In this document: piece after piece, positions 48,442 through 57,214 of the stretch
Layout: each line of letters opens with the position of its first letter
Position numbering within the stretch: position 1 is the first letter of the stretch
Source: a virus
Virus record (IMG/VR): IMGVR_UViG_3300014913_000011
Span: 8,414 to 72,413 of that record
Direction: 5' to 3' (one strand)
Length of the DNA: 64,000 nt
Notes under the pieces: generated by a model
What the model was told of the DNA's origin: nothing
The model's input: only the letters and a program-made list of their open reading frames with translations
Databases searched by the model: none
Translations under genes and position numbers: made by a program

Positions 48442-49938
48442 ATGTCTGCAGACAAGGTTGGTAAAGAAACTAAGAAGAAAAAGGATGAAGTGGTAACTTA
48501 CAAACTTCCGAGGGAAGCGGAAGACTTTCTAGAAACTATAATTAACAATTATCCGGTACATCATGATAAGAATACTCTTCGTAAAGTGATGAGTCTTGGT
48601 AAGGTTGTTTACTCTGACAGTAAAGGGATGACTGCTGCTGTTATGAATACTAAACCCTATACCTTAATTTTTGGTAAGCAGTTTATGTCTACTAAAATGG
48701 ATAGGATAGAGGATTGTGTCTGGGTTTTATCTCACGAACTTACACACCTTGTATTAGATCATTTTGCCTGTGATATTCTTGAACTCTTTAAGGATAAAAA
48801 ATTAGGACAGAGGGCAGGACACATTGTAGTTGATGCACAAGTAAATGCTACGGTTTATCACTCCTTAAAAGATGAAAAGTATTTGGATATTCCAAAAAAG
48901 CTATACTCCCAAACTGAAATGCCTGACTGTATGCTTCGTCCAGACGGTGAGCCAGAGGAAGAAGTCTATAAAGAACTTCATAGGGAGCTATATTCAGTAG
49001 AGGGAATAACTAATGAGGATCTAATTGATGGTTTAATGCCCTGGTTTAAAAAGAATCAAGATAAAATCGACGAGATGAAAGAAAGGTTAGTTGGTAATCA
49101 TGAAGATCTGTTCGAGGACAGTAGTAGGATGGATGATCCAAGTGATGACCTGTCAGATCTCACTGAACATATGGCCAACCAAATGTCTGACTGGTTAGAT
49201 GACGATGAAGAAAAGGGAAAAAGTTCCGGTGAAGAAGAGGACGCTGATAGTAATGAGGAAAAGCATAATGGGAAAAAACCAGGAAAGGGAACTAATGTAA
49301 GGAAAAAACAAGTAAGAACTTGCTTAGATAAAATAGCCTACGCAAAACGACTCAAGAAACAGTTAAATAGATTCTATGAAAAAAGTCCCAGTGCTAGAAT
49401 TCATGAAGCTATAGAAGATCTAAATCCTAAATACCCCACTAGAAGTCCAGTCCCTAATTTCCAGGATAGGAGGGCTGCAGCTATGTTTGCGGTAGGTAAA
49501 CTACCTATATTTTATCAACGAATACAAACAGGTTCCAAAGTAAGGGTACCTTGCTATGTAGATGTTAGTGGTTCTCAGAGTATGGTTATACCTTATGTAC
49601 AGCCAGTAGTATCCAGGCTCAAAAACATCATAGGTGAGTATGTAAACTGTTTCTCTAACTACGTAAATCCTTGTAGAGTTGCAGATTTTGCAAAGGGGAT
49701 TTACGAATCAAGTGGTGGGACTGACTTTGACCCAGTAATGGAGGACATCCTTAAGAATAATTATACTTCAGCTGTTATTCTTACTGACGGTCAAGCCTAT
49801 ATAAGAGATGATTTAATTCATAGAATTAAGTCCAGAAATATAAAGATTACAGTGGGTTGGACTATTGATGCACCAGACGTGGAGCCTTTAAATCAAGTGG
49901 CAACTAAGACCTTTTACTTGTTTAAGGGAAGAGCTTAG
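48442..49938 (+). CDS. DUF2201-type HExxH metallopeptidase-like + VWA domain protein
   Basis: SHELTHL...DAQVN; acidic linker; MIDAS DVSGS...GGTDF...ILTDG. Confidence 0.85.
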   Translation: MSADKVGKETKKKKDEVVTYKLPREAEDFLETIINNYPVHHDKNTLRKVMSLGKVVYSDSKGMTAAVMNTKPYTLIFGKQFMSTKMDRIEDCVWVLSHELTHLVLDHFACDILELFKDKKLGQRAGHIVVDAQVNATVYHSLKDEKYLDIPKKLYSQTEMPDCMLRPDGEPEEEVYKELHRELYSVEGITNEDLIDGLMPWFKKNQDKIDEMKERLVGNHEDLFEDSSRMDDPSDDLSDLTEHMANQMSDWLDDDEEKGKSSGEEEDADSNEEKHNGKKPGKGTNVRKKQVRTCLDKIAYAKRLKKQLNRFYEKSPSARIHEAIEDLNPKYPTRSPVPNFQDRRAAAMFAVGKLPIFYQRIQTGSKVRVPCYVDVSGSQSMVIPYVQPVVSRLKNIIGEYVNCFSNYVNPCRVADFAKGIYESSGGTDFDPVMEDILKNNYTSAVILTDGQAYIRDDLIHRIKSRNIKITVGWTIDAPDVEPLNQVATKTFYLFKGRA

Positions 49939-50019
49939 TTATAAACATAAAAAATGCTAAAATTATATGAAATAATAACGATAATATATTTATAAGAATC
50001 ATTTAAAGGAATTACTAAT

Positions 50020-50286
50020 ATGCCAACAAGAGAAGAAAAAGCAAAAGCTTCAATGAAGGGGCTTAGATATGCACTTCTTAGCGTAATTATAGGGTTAGCC
50101 ATGGCTATAGGTTTTACGAATAAGTACATTCCAGAATCTAACATGTTTGTGGGATTGTTTCTTTGGTATGTATTTTCAGTTATTTCCAGGAGGATAATTA
50201 ACTGGGCATATAGTGAAGAAGTAGCTAAGATACGTGAAATAGTCTTCGCACCTGAAGACGACGATGATGAAGAACCCTTTTACTAG
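50020..50286 (+). CDS. Two-TM membrane protein
   Basis: Two hydrophobic helices and an acidic tail; AAGGA SD. Confidence 0.65.
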   Translation: MPTREEKAKASMKGLRYALLSVIIGLAMAIGFTNKYIPESNMFVGLFLWYVFSVISRRIINWAYSEEVAKIREIVFAPEDDDDEEPFY

Positions 50287-50298
50287 GGAGTATTTAAT

Positions 50299-50581
50299 AA
50301 TGATTAGTAAAATCAAAAAGTTACTGTCTGTTTTAATTATGTTTAGTGTACTAGGTCTAGTAGGTCTAGCTGCTGGAAAGAGCTTAGTGGCATTAAATGC
50401 CACTATGAAAAGCAGACCTCAGTATCTTGAACTGGAGTGTATGAAATCCTGTGATATGCCTGTAAGAGGTGATGGATTCTCTGTTAAGTTCAAAGAATGC
50501 GTAGCAGGTTGTATGGAAAAGAAAGGATATATTGAGTACTACTTAAAGGGATGGATAAAAGTGGATGGTAAGGTAGACTAA
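50299..50581 (+). CDS. Secreted or membrane-anchored Cys-containing protein
   Basis: N-terminal hydrophobic helix (MISKIKKLLSVL...), CMKSC and CVAGC; exact start uncertain. Confidence 0.5.
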
Positions 50582-50602
50582 ACCTAAAAAATTTAGTATA
50601 CT
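50574..50602 (+). promoter_or_regulatory. Promoter TAGACT-17-TATACT
   Basis: Same architecture as the other early-type promoters. Confidence 0.5.
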
Positions 50603-50621
50603 GTTGTTAGGAGTATAAACT

Positions 50622-50936
50622 GTGCCGATTAAAGAATATAAATGTATAAATGAAAATTGTTCAAATTTCTTTGGATTCGAACATTTGCATATTAGGTCTA
50701 CAGATACTCAATTAGAGACTTGTGATAAATGCGGTGCCCCACTGGAGGTTCAAATGTCTACATTTTCAGCTAAGTTTACTGGAAGTGGGTTCTATGAAAC
50801 TGACTACAAGTCAAAGAAAAAGAAGAATAAAAAAGTTGAAGTTACTGGTGAGACTAAAACAGTAACTGATAAACAAGAAATCAAGAAGATTAAAAAGGAA
50901 GCGAAGAAACGGAGAAATAAGCGTGACAACAGTTAG
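50622..50936 (+). CDS. FmdB-family Zn-ribbon protein
   Basis: MPIKEYKC...C...CDKCG...FTGSGFYETDYK. Confidence 0.88.
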   Translation: MPIKEYKCINENCSNFFGFEHLHIRSTDTQLETCDKCGAPLEVQMSTFSAKFTGSGFYETDYKSKKKKNKKVEVTGETKTVTDKQEIKKIKKEAKKRRNKRDNS

Positions 50937-51249
50937 ATTTAAATTAATATTACTGCTTTTATTTCAGCCATTGGATGGCTTGTTTACCTATATTGGTATA
51001 CAGAGGGCTGATAGTATATATGTTGAAGGTAATCCGATATTACTTTGGTTGCTAGAAAACAATTCTAGTGAGGCTTTGATTCTATTTTTTACCAAGCTAA
51101 TAGCCTGTATCTTCGTATTATTTATATATTTAACATTAAAAGAAGAGCCTACAAAGTTATTTCGGTATGTTATAAACATTTGTTTACTAATATATACTTA
51201 TGTAATTTTGACTTGGTTATATGTTTTAACTATTGGAGCACTATCATGA
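50923..51249 (+). CDS. DUF5658-like membrane protein
   Basis: LDGLFTYIGI...EGNPIL...K with three TM helices. Confidence 0.7.
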   Translation: MTTVRFKLILLLLFQPLDGLFTYIGIQRADSIYVEGNPILLWLLENNSSEALILFFTKLIACIFVLFIYLTLKEEPTKLFRYVINICLLIYTYVILTWLYVLTIGALS

Positions 51250-51806
51250 AAAAGTTTATTGAGTTTATTTTAAAATTATTAGGATTTAAGAGGGAAGAGT
51301 CTGAATCAGGTGGTACCTATACTCCCTCAGAGCCATCAGCTCCCAGTCCACCACCTATGGAAGTTAAAGAAGAAGGTGAACTAGAGGTAAAGGAACCTAA
51401 AGAAGAAGAAATAGAACAGTCTAGAATAGAACCAAAGAAAACTAAGAAAAAGGGTACAGTAGATACCTTCCTCTGGAAACCTAAAGCAGATCATAGTAAC
51501 CTTCCAGTTGTAGTAGTTTCTGCTGATAACTTTAAGTCAGAAGATCTATTTGTAGAGATTGTGGGAAAAGGTAAGAAGGTTCTAAAAATAGATATTAGAA
51601 ACTCAGCTAGAGCAAATATGTTACCTGGCTTTGAATTTGGAAGAATTCATTTTAGAATTAACAGATCTGGGAAAGAACTTAATAAGAGCGCACCTTTAAA
51701 AGTACGCTTCTACAGGAAAGAAGGTGGAGAGAAAATACCTGTAAAAGTTAGAGGTAGGAAGAGTATAACTATTAAAAAACCTACTCATAGGAAAGATTTA
51801 AAATAG
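51246..51806 (+). CDS. Hypothetical protein with a Pro/Glu linker and basic C-terminal domain
   Basis: Start reassigned to MKKFIE (GGAG SD); FLWKP motif. Confidence 0.65.
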   Translation: MKKFIEFILKLLGFKREESESGGTYTPSEPSAPSPPPMEVKEEGELEVKEPKEEEIEQSRIEPKKTKKKGTVDTFLWKPKADHSNLPVVVVSADNFKSEDLFVEIVGKGKKVLKIDIRNSARANMLPGFEFGRIHFRINRSGKELNKSAPLKVRFYRKEGGEKIPVKVRGRKSITIKKPTHRKDLK

Positions 51807-51809
51807 CAT

Positions 51810-51838
51810 TTGATTTCTGTGGGTCATTCGTGTATACT
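51810..51838 (+). promoter_or_regulatory. Sigma70-type promoter TTGATT-17-TATACT
   Basis: Exact spacing, upstream of 51872. Confidence 0.6.
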
Positions 51839-51871
51839 TACAATATTAAATTTATTTAAAGGAGCAATGAA

Positions 51872-52186
51872 ATGTTAGTACCAATATTAACAACAATAGT
51901 AGCAGCAGGACTTGGGTTTTTTCTTGGAAGAAAGTTAAGAGAAGAGAAGAAACAAAAAAGCATTGCAGAAGTATTAACTACAGCTACACCTATTACACTT
52001 AGTTTAGTAGAAATTGAAGAAGCAGGTTTTAGTGCTCTAATAAAAGACCTAACTAAGTTTAAAATACTTGTAGATACTACTAGTGGAGAGAAATTCGTGG
52101 AAATACCCCTGGAAGACCTACTTCAGGTAATAGTACAAAAATTTAGACAGTTGAATCTAGAAATTGAAGACTTAGCTAAAAGGTAA
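51872..52186 (+). CDS. N-terminal TM protein
   Basis: AAAGGAG SD; TM ending GFFLGRK. Confidence 0.7.
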   Translation: MLVPILTTIVAAGLGFFLGRKLREEKKQKSIAEVLTTATPITLSLVEIEEAGFSALIKDLTKFKILVDTTSGEKFVEIPLEDLLQVIVQKFRQLNLEIEDLAKR

Positions 52187-52194
52187 TAATCCAG

Positions 52195-52473
52195 ATGTTA
52201 TTACTATTCTTAGCCGTCTTCGTACTTGCTTTGGCTAGTACTGTGTTTGATAAGATAGATCTTAAGACACCAACTGGTGAAGATCTTTATATATCTCTAT
52301 CAGTAAGGACTATTATAGAGAATGATCTCGCTCAACATATTAAGAAATTAGAGACAGTACATACCTACAAATCAGAAAGTGGAGTAGATATGTTACAAAT
52401 CAATTTGTTTGATTATGTAAAGATCCTAGAGCTGGAAGTAGAGAGGGTAATAAAAAAGGCCAAATCAGTTTAG
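52195..52473 (+). CDS. N-terminal TM/signal protein, weakly similar to 51872..52186
   Basis: KSESGVDMLQINLFDYVKI versus DTTSGEKFVEIPLEDLLQV. Confidence 0.6.
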   Translation: MLLLFLAVFVLALASTVFDKIDLKTPTGEDLYISLSVRTIIENDLAQHIKKLETVHTYKSESGVDMLQINLFDYVKILELEVERVIKKAKSV

Positions 52474-52482
52474 ATTTAGCCT
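52452..52482 (-). terminator. Terminator hairpin between convergent genes
   Basis: AGGCTAAATC...GATTTGGCC plus TTTTTT on the minus strand. Confidence 0.6.
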
Positions 52483-52507
52483 CTAGACCTAATTAAGTAG
52501 TTAAAAC

Positions 52508-52738
52508 TTAAGCAGGAAATTTCGTACTAACAGCTATAGCAGTAGCTTCCAGCTTAGAACTTCCCACACCTTGAAAAAGCTCCGACTCATCTGAACTCAT
52601 ACAAAAAGTAATTTTGACTGAGACTCCATTTAGTTGTTCGAAATTTTTTATTTTCTTTCTTACACCTAAATTAGAGTTTGCATACTCTATGATAGCTGAT
52701 GTACTACCTAAGTCCAACATTGCTTGTTTACTTGGCAT
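52508..52738 (-). CDS. Stand-alone dsRNA-binding-domain (dsRBD)-like protein
   Basis: STSAIIEYAN...FQGVGSSKLEATAIA matches dsRBD helix 1 and the GxGxSKxxA motif; GGAGG SD before MPSKQ. Confidence 0.5.
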   Translation of the reverse strand: MPSKQAMLDLGSTSAIIEYANSNLGVRKKIKNFEQLNGVSVKITFCMSSDESELFQGVGSSKLEATAIAVSTKFPA

Positions 52739-52802
52739 TATGAATACCTCCAATTTGTTATATAACATCTAGAATATAGTACATTTAATCTACCATCACT
52801 GG

Positions 52803-52831
52803 TAGACTTCAATACCGTACTATGGTATACT
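52803..52831 (+). promoter_or_regulatory. Promoter TAGACT-17-TATACT for the glycan operon
   Basis: Exact spacing, about 40 nt before the neuD-like start. Confidence 0.55.
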
Positions 52832-52870
52832 GGTTGTTATACTAGATGTATATACTTAATAGGAGTTGAG

Positions 52871-53626
52871 ATGTCAAGCAATATACAAGAATTACTAAAT
52901 ACGTATAAAGATAGATGCAAAACCAACTGTAGACCATACTTAATACTAGGAAGCAATGGACATGCTAGAGAAATGCTACAAACCTCCAGAAATAGTTTAG
53001 GAAATATACAAAACTCAACCTTATATGAGTATTTTGGATTCATATTAGAAAATGAATTAGCAACATTTAATAAAGGATTTCAAGATAAAAAATACATACT
53101 TGAAGAGGAGTTAATAGAAGAATTAATTGAAAAATTTCCACTAAACGCTTCACAAAATAGGAAAGTATACTTAGGCATAGGTATAGGTAGTCCCAAAATT
53201 AAAGAAAAAATTTATAAAAAATATAAAAAAGAACATAGAGTTAACTTTGTAAACATTGTAAGTAATTTAGCTCAAGCAGAAGAATCTATAAATGGCTGGG
53301 TATTTAAACCAGAGCAGGGTTTGTATATTGCAAATAATGTTAACTTAACTACAAACGTATCCTTAGGAAAGCATGTACATTTAAATACAGCTTGCACTGT
53401 TTGTCATGATGCTAAGATAGATGACTTTTCAATTGTGTCGCCTGGAGCGATAGTTTGTGGAAACGTGTCTATAGGTAAGAGGTGTTACATAGGTGCAGGT
53501 GCAGTTATAAGAGATGGGGTGTCTATAGCAGATGACACTACTATAGGTGCGGGTACAGTAGTAGTTAAGGATATAGAGGAAACTGGAAGAACTTTTATTG
53601 GAGTACCTGCAAAAGAATTAAAATGA
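52871..53626 (+). CDS. neuD: NeuD/PglD-family sugar acetyltransferase (hexapeptide repeats)
   Basis: ILGSNGHARE, LGIGIGSP, catalytic VCHDA, left-handed beta-helix repeats, GVPAK. Confidence 0.88.
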   Translation: MSSNIQELLNTYKDRCKTNCRPYLILGSNGHAREMLQTSRNSLGNIQNSTLYEYFGFILENELATFNKGFQDKKYILEEELIEELIEKFPLNASQNRKVYLGIGIGSPKIKEKIYKKYKKEHRVNFVNIVSNLAQAEESINGWVFKPEQGLYIANNVNLTTNVSLGKHVHLNTACTVCHDAKIDDFSIVSPGAIVCGNVSIGKRCYIGAGAVIRDGVSIADDTTIGAGTVVVKDIEETGRTFIGVPAKELK

Positions 53627-54672
53627 AATTACTATACATATCAGGATATCATGAGACTTTAGAATATAATGATCTAAGTCTCTTCACAGAGATGGGTATA
53701 GATTGGTTCTCTACTGGAAAATATAAGGATACTAGTGAACAACTCACTAGCAAGTCCTGGAGACCTAGTATTACTAAGGAGACAGATCAGGAACTATTAC
53801 AAGAATTTAACAGGTTAAACCCTAACCAACAACAGTATGGGAGAGTACAACTAAGTAAGGAATTCGTGGATAAATTTGACATGATACTGTGTAGTTTTTG
53901 TTTCTTAAGACAAGATATGTTAGACTTAATATGGCCACACTGTAAACACAAACCCTTAGCGTTCTTAACATACTCACAGCAGTTCTCGAATTTTGAGGTA
54001 AGACTTCAAGAATATAGATCTAAAGGTGTGAAGCTAGTAAGGGGGTCTCCCAGAGAGTCTACAATAGATAATTATGCAGGAGAGGATGCTATTATTAGAT
54101 GTTATGTAGATGAAAATGTATTCTCTAAATGGACAGGGGGGAATAGTAAGGTACTTAGTTTTTCAAATGACTTTCCAGCGAGAATTAATCATCCAAATTT
54201 TAATTGTTATAGAGCATATAATAGGGTCATACAGCAAAAACTTCCATGCTCACTTTTTGGTAACCAGACAGAACCTGCAGGAGGAGGAGGCTTCATACCC
54301 TTTGAAAAACATCTTGAAGAGTATAAGAATTGTAGTTGTTACTTTTCTATAGGATCTCCCCCAGCAACAGTAACCTATAATTTTTTAGAGGCTTGGATGA
54401 CTGGGGCACCAGTATTAACTTTTGGAAGTAAAATAGGTAATGGAGTAGATTATAATACCCATGAGCCTCCCTTCCTAATCGAAAATGATGTAGATGGTTT
54501 CTATTCAGACGATCTCGCAGAACTAATATTAACAGCTAATACATTACTTCTAGACCAAAACTTAGCAAAGAAAGTTGGAGATGCTGGAAGAAAGAAATGT
54601 CTGTCCATCTTTGGGAAAGAAGTAGTTAAAACTAGTTGGGAAGTTTTTTTCAAATCACTAGGGGTTTATTAG
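53623..54672 (+). CDS. GT4-like glycosyltransferase (paralog 1)
   Basis: FLEAWMTGAPVLT...IENDVDGFYSD...GDAGRK GT-B C-terminal motifs. Confidence 0.8.
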   Translation: MKLLYISGYHETLEYNDLSLFTEMGIDWFSTGKYKDTSEQLTSKSWRPSITKETDQELLQEFNRLNPNQQQYGRVQLSKEFVDKFDMILCSFCFLRQDMLDLIWPHCKHKPLAFLTYSQQFSNFEVRLQEYRSKGVKLVRGSPRESTIDNYAGEDAIIRCYVDENVFSKWTGGNSKVLSFSNDFPARINHPNFNCYRAYNRVIQQKLPCSLFGNQTEPAGGGGFIPFEKHLEEYKNCSCYFSIGSPPATVTYNFLEAWMTGAPVLTFGSKIGNGVDYNTHEPPFLIENDVDGFYSDDLAELILTANTLLLDQNLAKKVGDAGRKKCLSIFGKEVVKTSWEVFFKSLGVY

Positions 54673-54675
54673 AGT

Positions 54676-55716
54676 ATGAAAAAGAGAGTTTTTAATATAG
54701 TTGGCCATGATATATTAGAGTACAACAACTTAAAACTATTCTCTACATTAGGTTATGAGGTATTTACTCCAAGTGTCTATATGGATCCTAAAAACCCAGA
54801 TCCTACTAAACCATACTTACCTAATTTGGATTTAAATGTAAATAAAGAAATACTAGACGAGTTTTTACGCTTAAATCTAGGTGGGTATCGGTACCCAAAT
54901 AAGTTAAAAATATCAAAATCCTTCATTGATAAGTTTGATATAATTCTAGTATCATGGATAAAGGATGTCCTAATAGATGAAGAAGATTGGAAGCTAATTA
55001 AAGATAAGTTAGTTATATATCAAAGTTTAGGTCAATCTAGTAAAGGTAGAGAGTATCGTATAGCTAAATGGAGAGCAGAAAAGGGAATAAAGATAGTAAG
55101 AATATCAGATAAGGAGCGTAACTTTCCACTATATGGTGGAGAAGATGCAATCATTGATTTAGACATCGACTGCAATTACTATACTGGATGGGTAGGTAAT
55201 GATTCTAGTGTTCTAACTATTAACTCCTCAGTGTTTCAAAGAAGTCTTGCGTGTAACTCCAATCAATACCTAGAAGTAGTCAATAAGTTTAATAAAAAAT
55301 TATATGGAACTGGCAATGACCCTTCAGCTGCTAGTTTTATTAAGGGAACAGCATCCAAAGAAGAATTGCTAGCTGAACTTATAACGTGTAGAGCTTTCTT
55401 TTCACTAGGTACTAAACCTTGTCCAGTGGTTTTGTCTTTTAAGGAAGCCATGTCCACAGGTATACCTGTAGTAACTTGGGGTCCTAGATTGGGAGGCCCA
55501 ACCTATGCAGCATGTGATTACATAGAGAATGGAGTGAATGGTTTTTATTCAGATAATTTAGAGGAACTGAAGAGTTATCTTAGATTGTTACTCAACGATT
55601 ACGAGTTTTCTAAATCTATATCTATTAACAGTAGGAAGACAGCAATTGAACATTTTAGTACTGAAGTAATCTCTAAAAAATGGGAAAGTAATATAAAGGA
55701 GTGGTTAAATGGATAG
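54676..55716 (+). CDS. GT4-like glycosyltransferase (paralog 2)
   Basis: FKEAMSTGIPVVT...IENGVNGFYSD. Confidence 0.82.
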   Translation: MKKRVFNIVGHDILEYNNLKLFSTLGYEVFTPSVYMDPKNPDPTKPYLPNLDLNVNKEILDEFLRLNLGGYRYPNKLKISKSFIDKFDIILVSWIKDVLIDEEDWKLIKDKLVIYQSLGQSSKGREYRIAKWRAEKGIKIVRISDKERNFPLYGGEDAIIDLDIDCNYYTGWVGNDSSVLTINSSVFQRSLACNSNQYLEVVNKFNKKLYGTGNDPSAASFIKGTASKEELLAELITCRAFFSLGTKPCPVVLSFKEAMSTGIPVVTWGPRLGGPTYAACDYIENGVNGFYSDNLEELKSYLRLLLNDYEFSKSISINSRKTAIEHFSTEVISKKWESNIKEWLNG

Positions 55717-56344
55717 AGTAAAGCTTTATAATGAGTTTGTTGAGTATTTTAAGCATAAGTCCATAGCTTTGGTAGGTAGTGGAGGATCCGTCCTAGACCA
55801 TGAATATGGAGAGTTAATAGAAAGTCATGATATTGTACTTAGGATAAATAGAGGAGTACCTTATAAAGAATTTCAAAAGCATGTAGGTAAACGTACAGAT
55901 GTTTGGAGCTATGGTTGTGGTGCAAGAGATGATCTTAGAAGGAAAGCCTATGATGGTATGCCAGACATGAAATACTCTATGTATCCTTGGTTCGGTAATT
56001 CATGGGTGCCTGATTATCTAAGGAAGTTAGAAACTAATATTATATTACCTGAACGCTTTTCCCGTACAGCTATGAAGCATTGTGGAGGTAACCCTGCTAC
56101 TACTGGGGCAGATACCTTACACTTCTTAATAACTGGTACAGAGTATAAGGAGATTTCAATATTCGGAATAGATTGCTACAAGACTGGATATTGGTTTCAA
56201 TCAGTAGATAATTCTATAGATATTAGTTCTAGCAATTCAAAAGCGTTGAATAGAACAAAACAAGAACATAAAGTAGACTTCGAAGAGAAGTTTATAGAGA
56301 AGCTAGTGGCATCAAATGCTAATATTGTTTGGTATGGGAGATAA
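55709..56344 (+). CDS. GT29 sialyltransferase-like protein
   Basis: Sialylmotif L-like SIALVGSGG...YGELIESHDIVLRIN...VGKRT; S-like PATTG...ISIFGID; VS-like HKVDFE. Confidence 0.8.
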   Translation: MDRVKLYNEFVEYFKHKSIALVGSGGSVLDHEYGELIESHDIVLRINRGVPYKEFQKHVGKRTDVWSYGCGARDDLRRKAYDGMPDMKYSMYPWFGNSWVPDYLRKLETNIILPERFSRTAMKHCGGNPATTGADTLHFLITGTEYKEISIFGIDCYKTGYWFQSVDNSIDISSSNSKALNRTKQEHKVDFEEKFIEKLVASNANIVWYGR

Positions 56345-56349
56345 TTATT

Positions 56350-57210
56350 ATGTCAAAGATATATGATTGTTTTTTATTTTTTAATGAGTTAGATATCTTA
56401 GAAATAAGGCTACAAGAGCTTAAAGACCATGTTGACTTCTTCGTACTAGTAGAGTGTGGTGAAACCTTTACTGGAAACCCTAAGCCATACTATTTTGAAG
56501 AGAATAAAGACAGATTCAAAGAGTTCTTACCAAAAATAATACATATAAAAGTACCTGCAAATAGTTCAGTGAGTGGGGCTTGGCCAAAGCAGAACTTTCA
56601 AAGAAACTGTATAGAAAGAGGACTAACAAATTGTGCAGCTGAAGATATCATTATGATTTCAGACCTAGATGAAATACCTAAGGGAAAGTCAATAAAACCA
56701 AATTTACCAAAAGATACTGAGATAGTAGAGTTTATGATGAGAAGTTATTCAATTTTTATAAATAGAAGACTTAAAAGAACTCATCCAAGTTATGATGCCT
56801 TAGGTGGTGAAGACTGGAACGGCACTAGGATAATAAAGTATAAATATTTCACTAAACCTCAAGACTTTAGATCTTTGGTAGGTCCTTATAGTACTGCCAG
56901 AAAGTCTGGAAGATTGAGATTAATACAGGATGCAGGTTGGCACTTTTCCTGGATGGGTTCCATAGACCAAATACTTTACAAATCAAAAAATGTATCAGGT
57001 ATGACAGAGGCAAAGAAAGGTAAGAAGTTCGAAGATAAGTGGAGGAAGGAGTTGGAAGAGTTAACAACTACTGGAGAAGGCTTAGAATGTAAGAATTCTG
57101 CAGGTACAGCCGAGTTCTCCTTGGTAGCAATTGATGATAGTTATCCAAAATATTTTCTGGATAATTTAGATTTATTTGATTATATGATTTATAAAAAGAA
57201 AGAGAGTTAG
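56350..57210 (+). CDS. GT17 (beta-1,4-GlcNAc transferase, MGAT3-like) glycosyltransferase
   Basis: IYDCFLFFNELDILEIRL.EL..HVD.FVLVE...TFTG.PK, FQRN, ISDLDEIP, GWHFS. Confidence 0.88.
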   Translation: MSKIYDCFLFFNELDILEIRLQELKDHVDFFVLVECGETFTGNPKPYYFEENKDRFKEFLPKIIHIKVPANSSVSGAWPKQNFQRNCIERGLTNCAAEDIIMISDLDEIPKGKSIKPNLPKDTEIVEFMMRSYSIFINRRLKRTHPSYDALGGEDWNGTRIIKYKYFTKPQDFRSLVGPYSTARKSGRLRLIQDAGWHFSWMGSIDQILYKSKNVSGMTEAKKGKKFEDKWRKELEELTTTGEGLECKNSAGTAEFSLVAIDDSYPKYFLDNLDLFDYMIYKKKES

Positions 57211-57214
57211 TACA

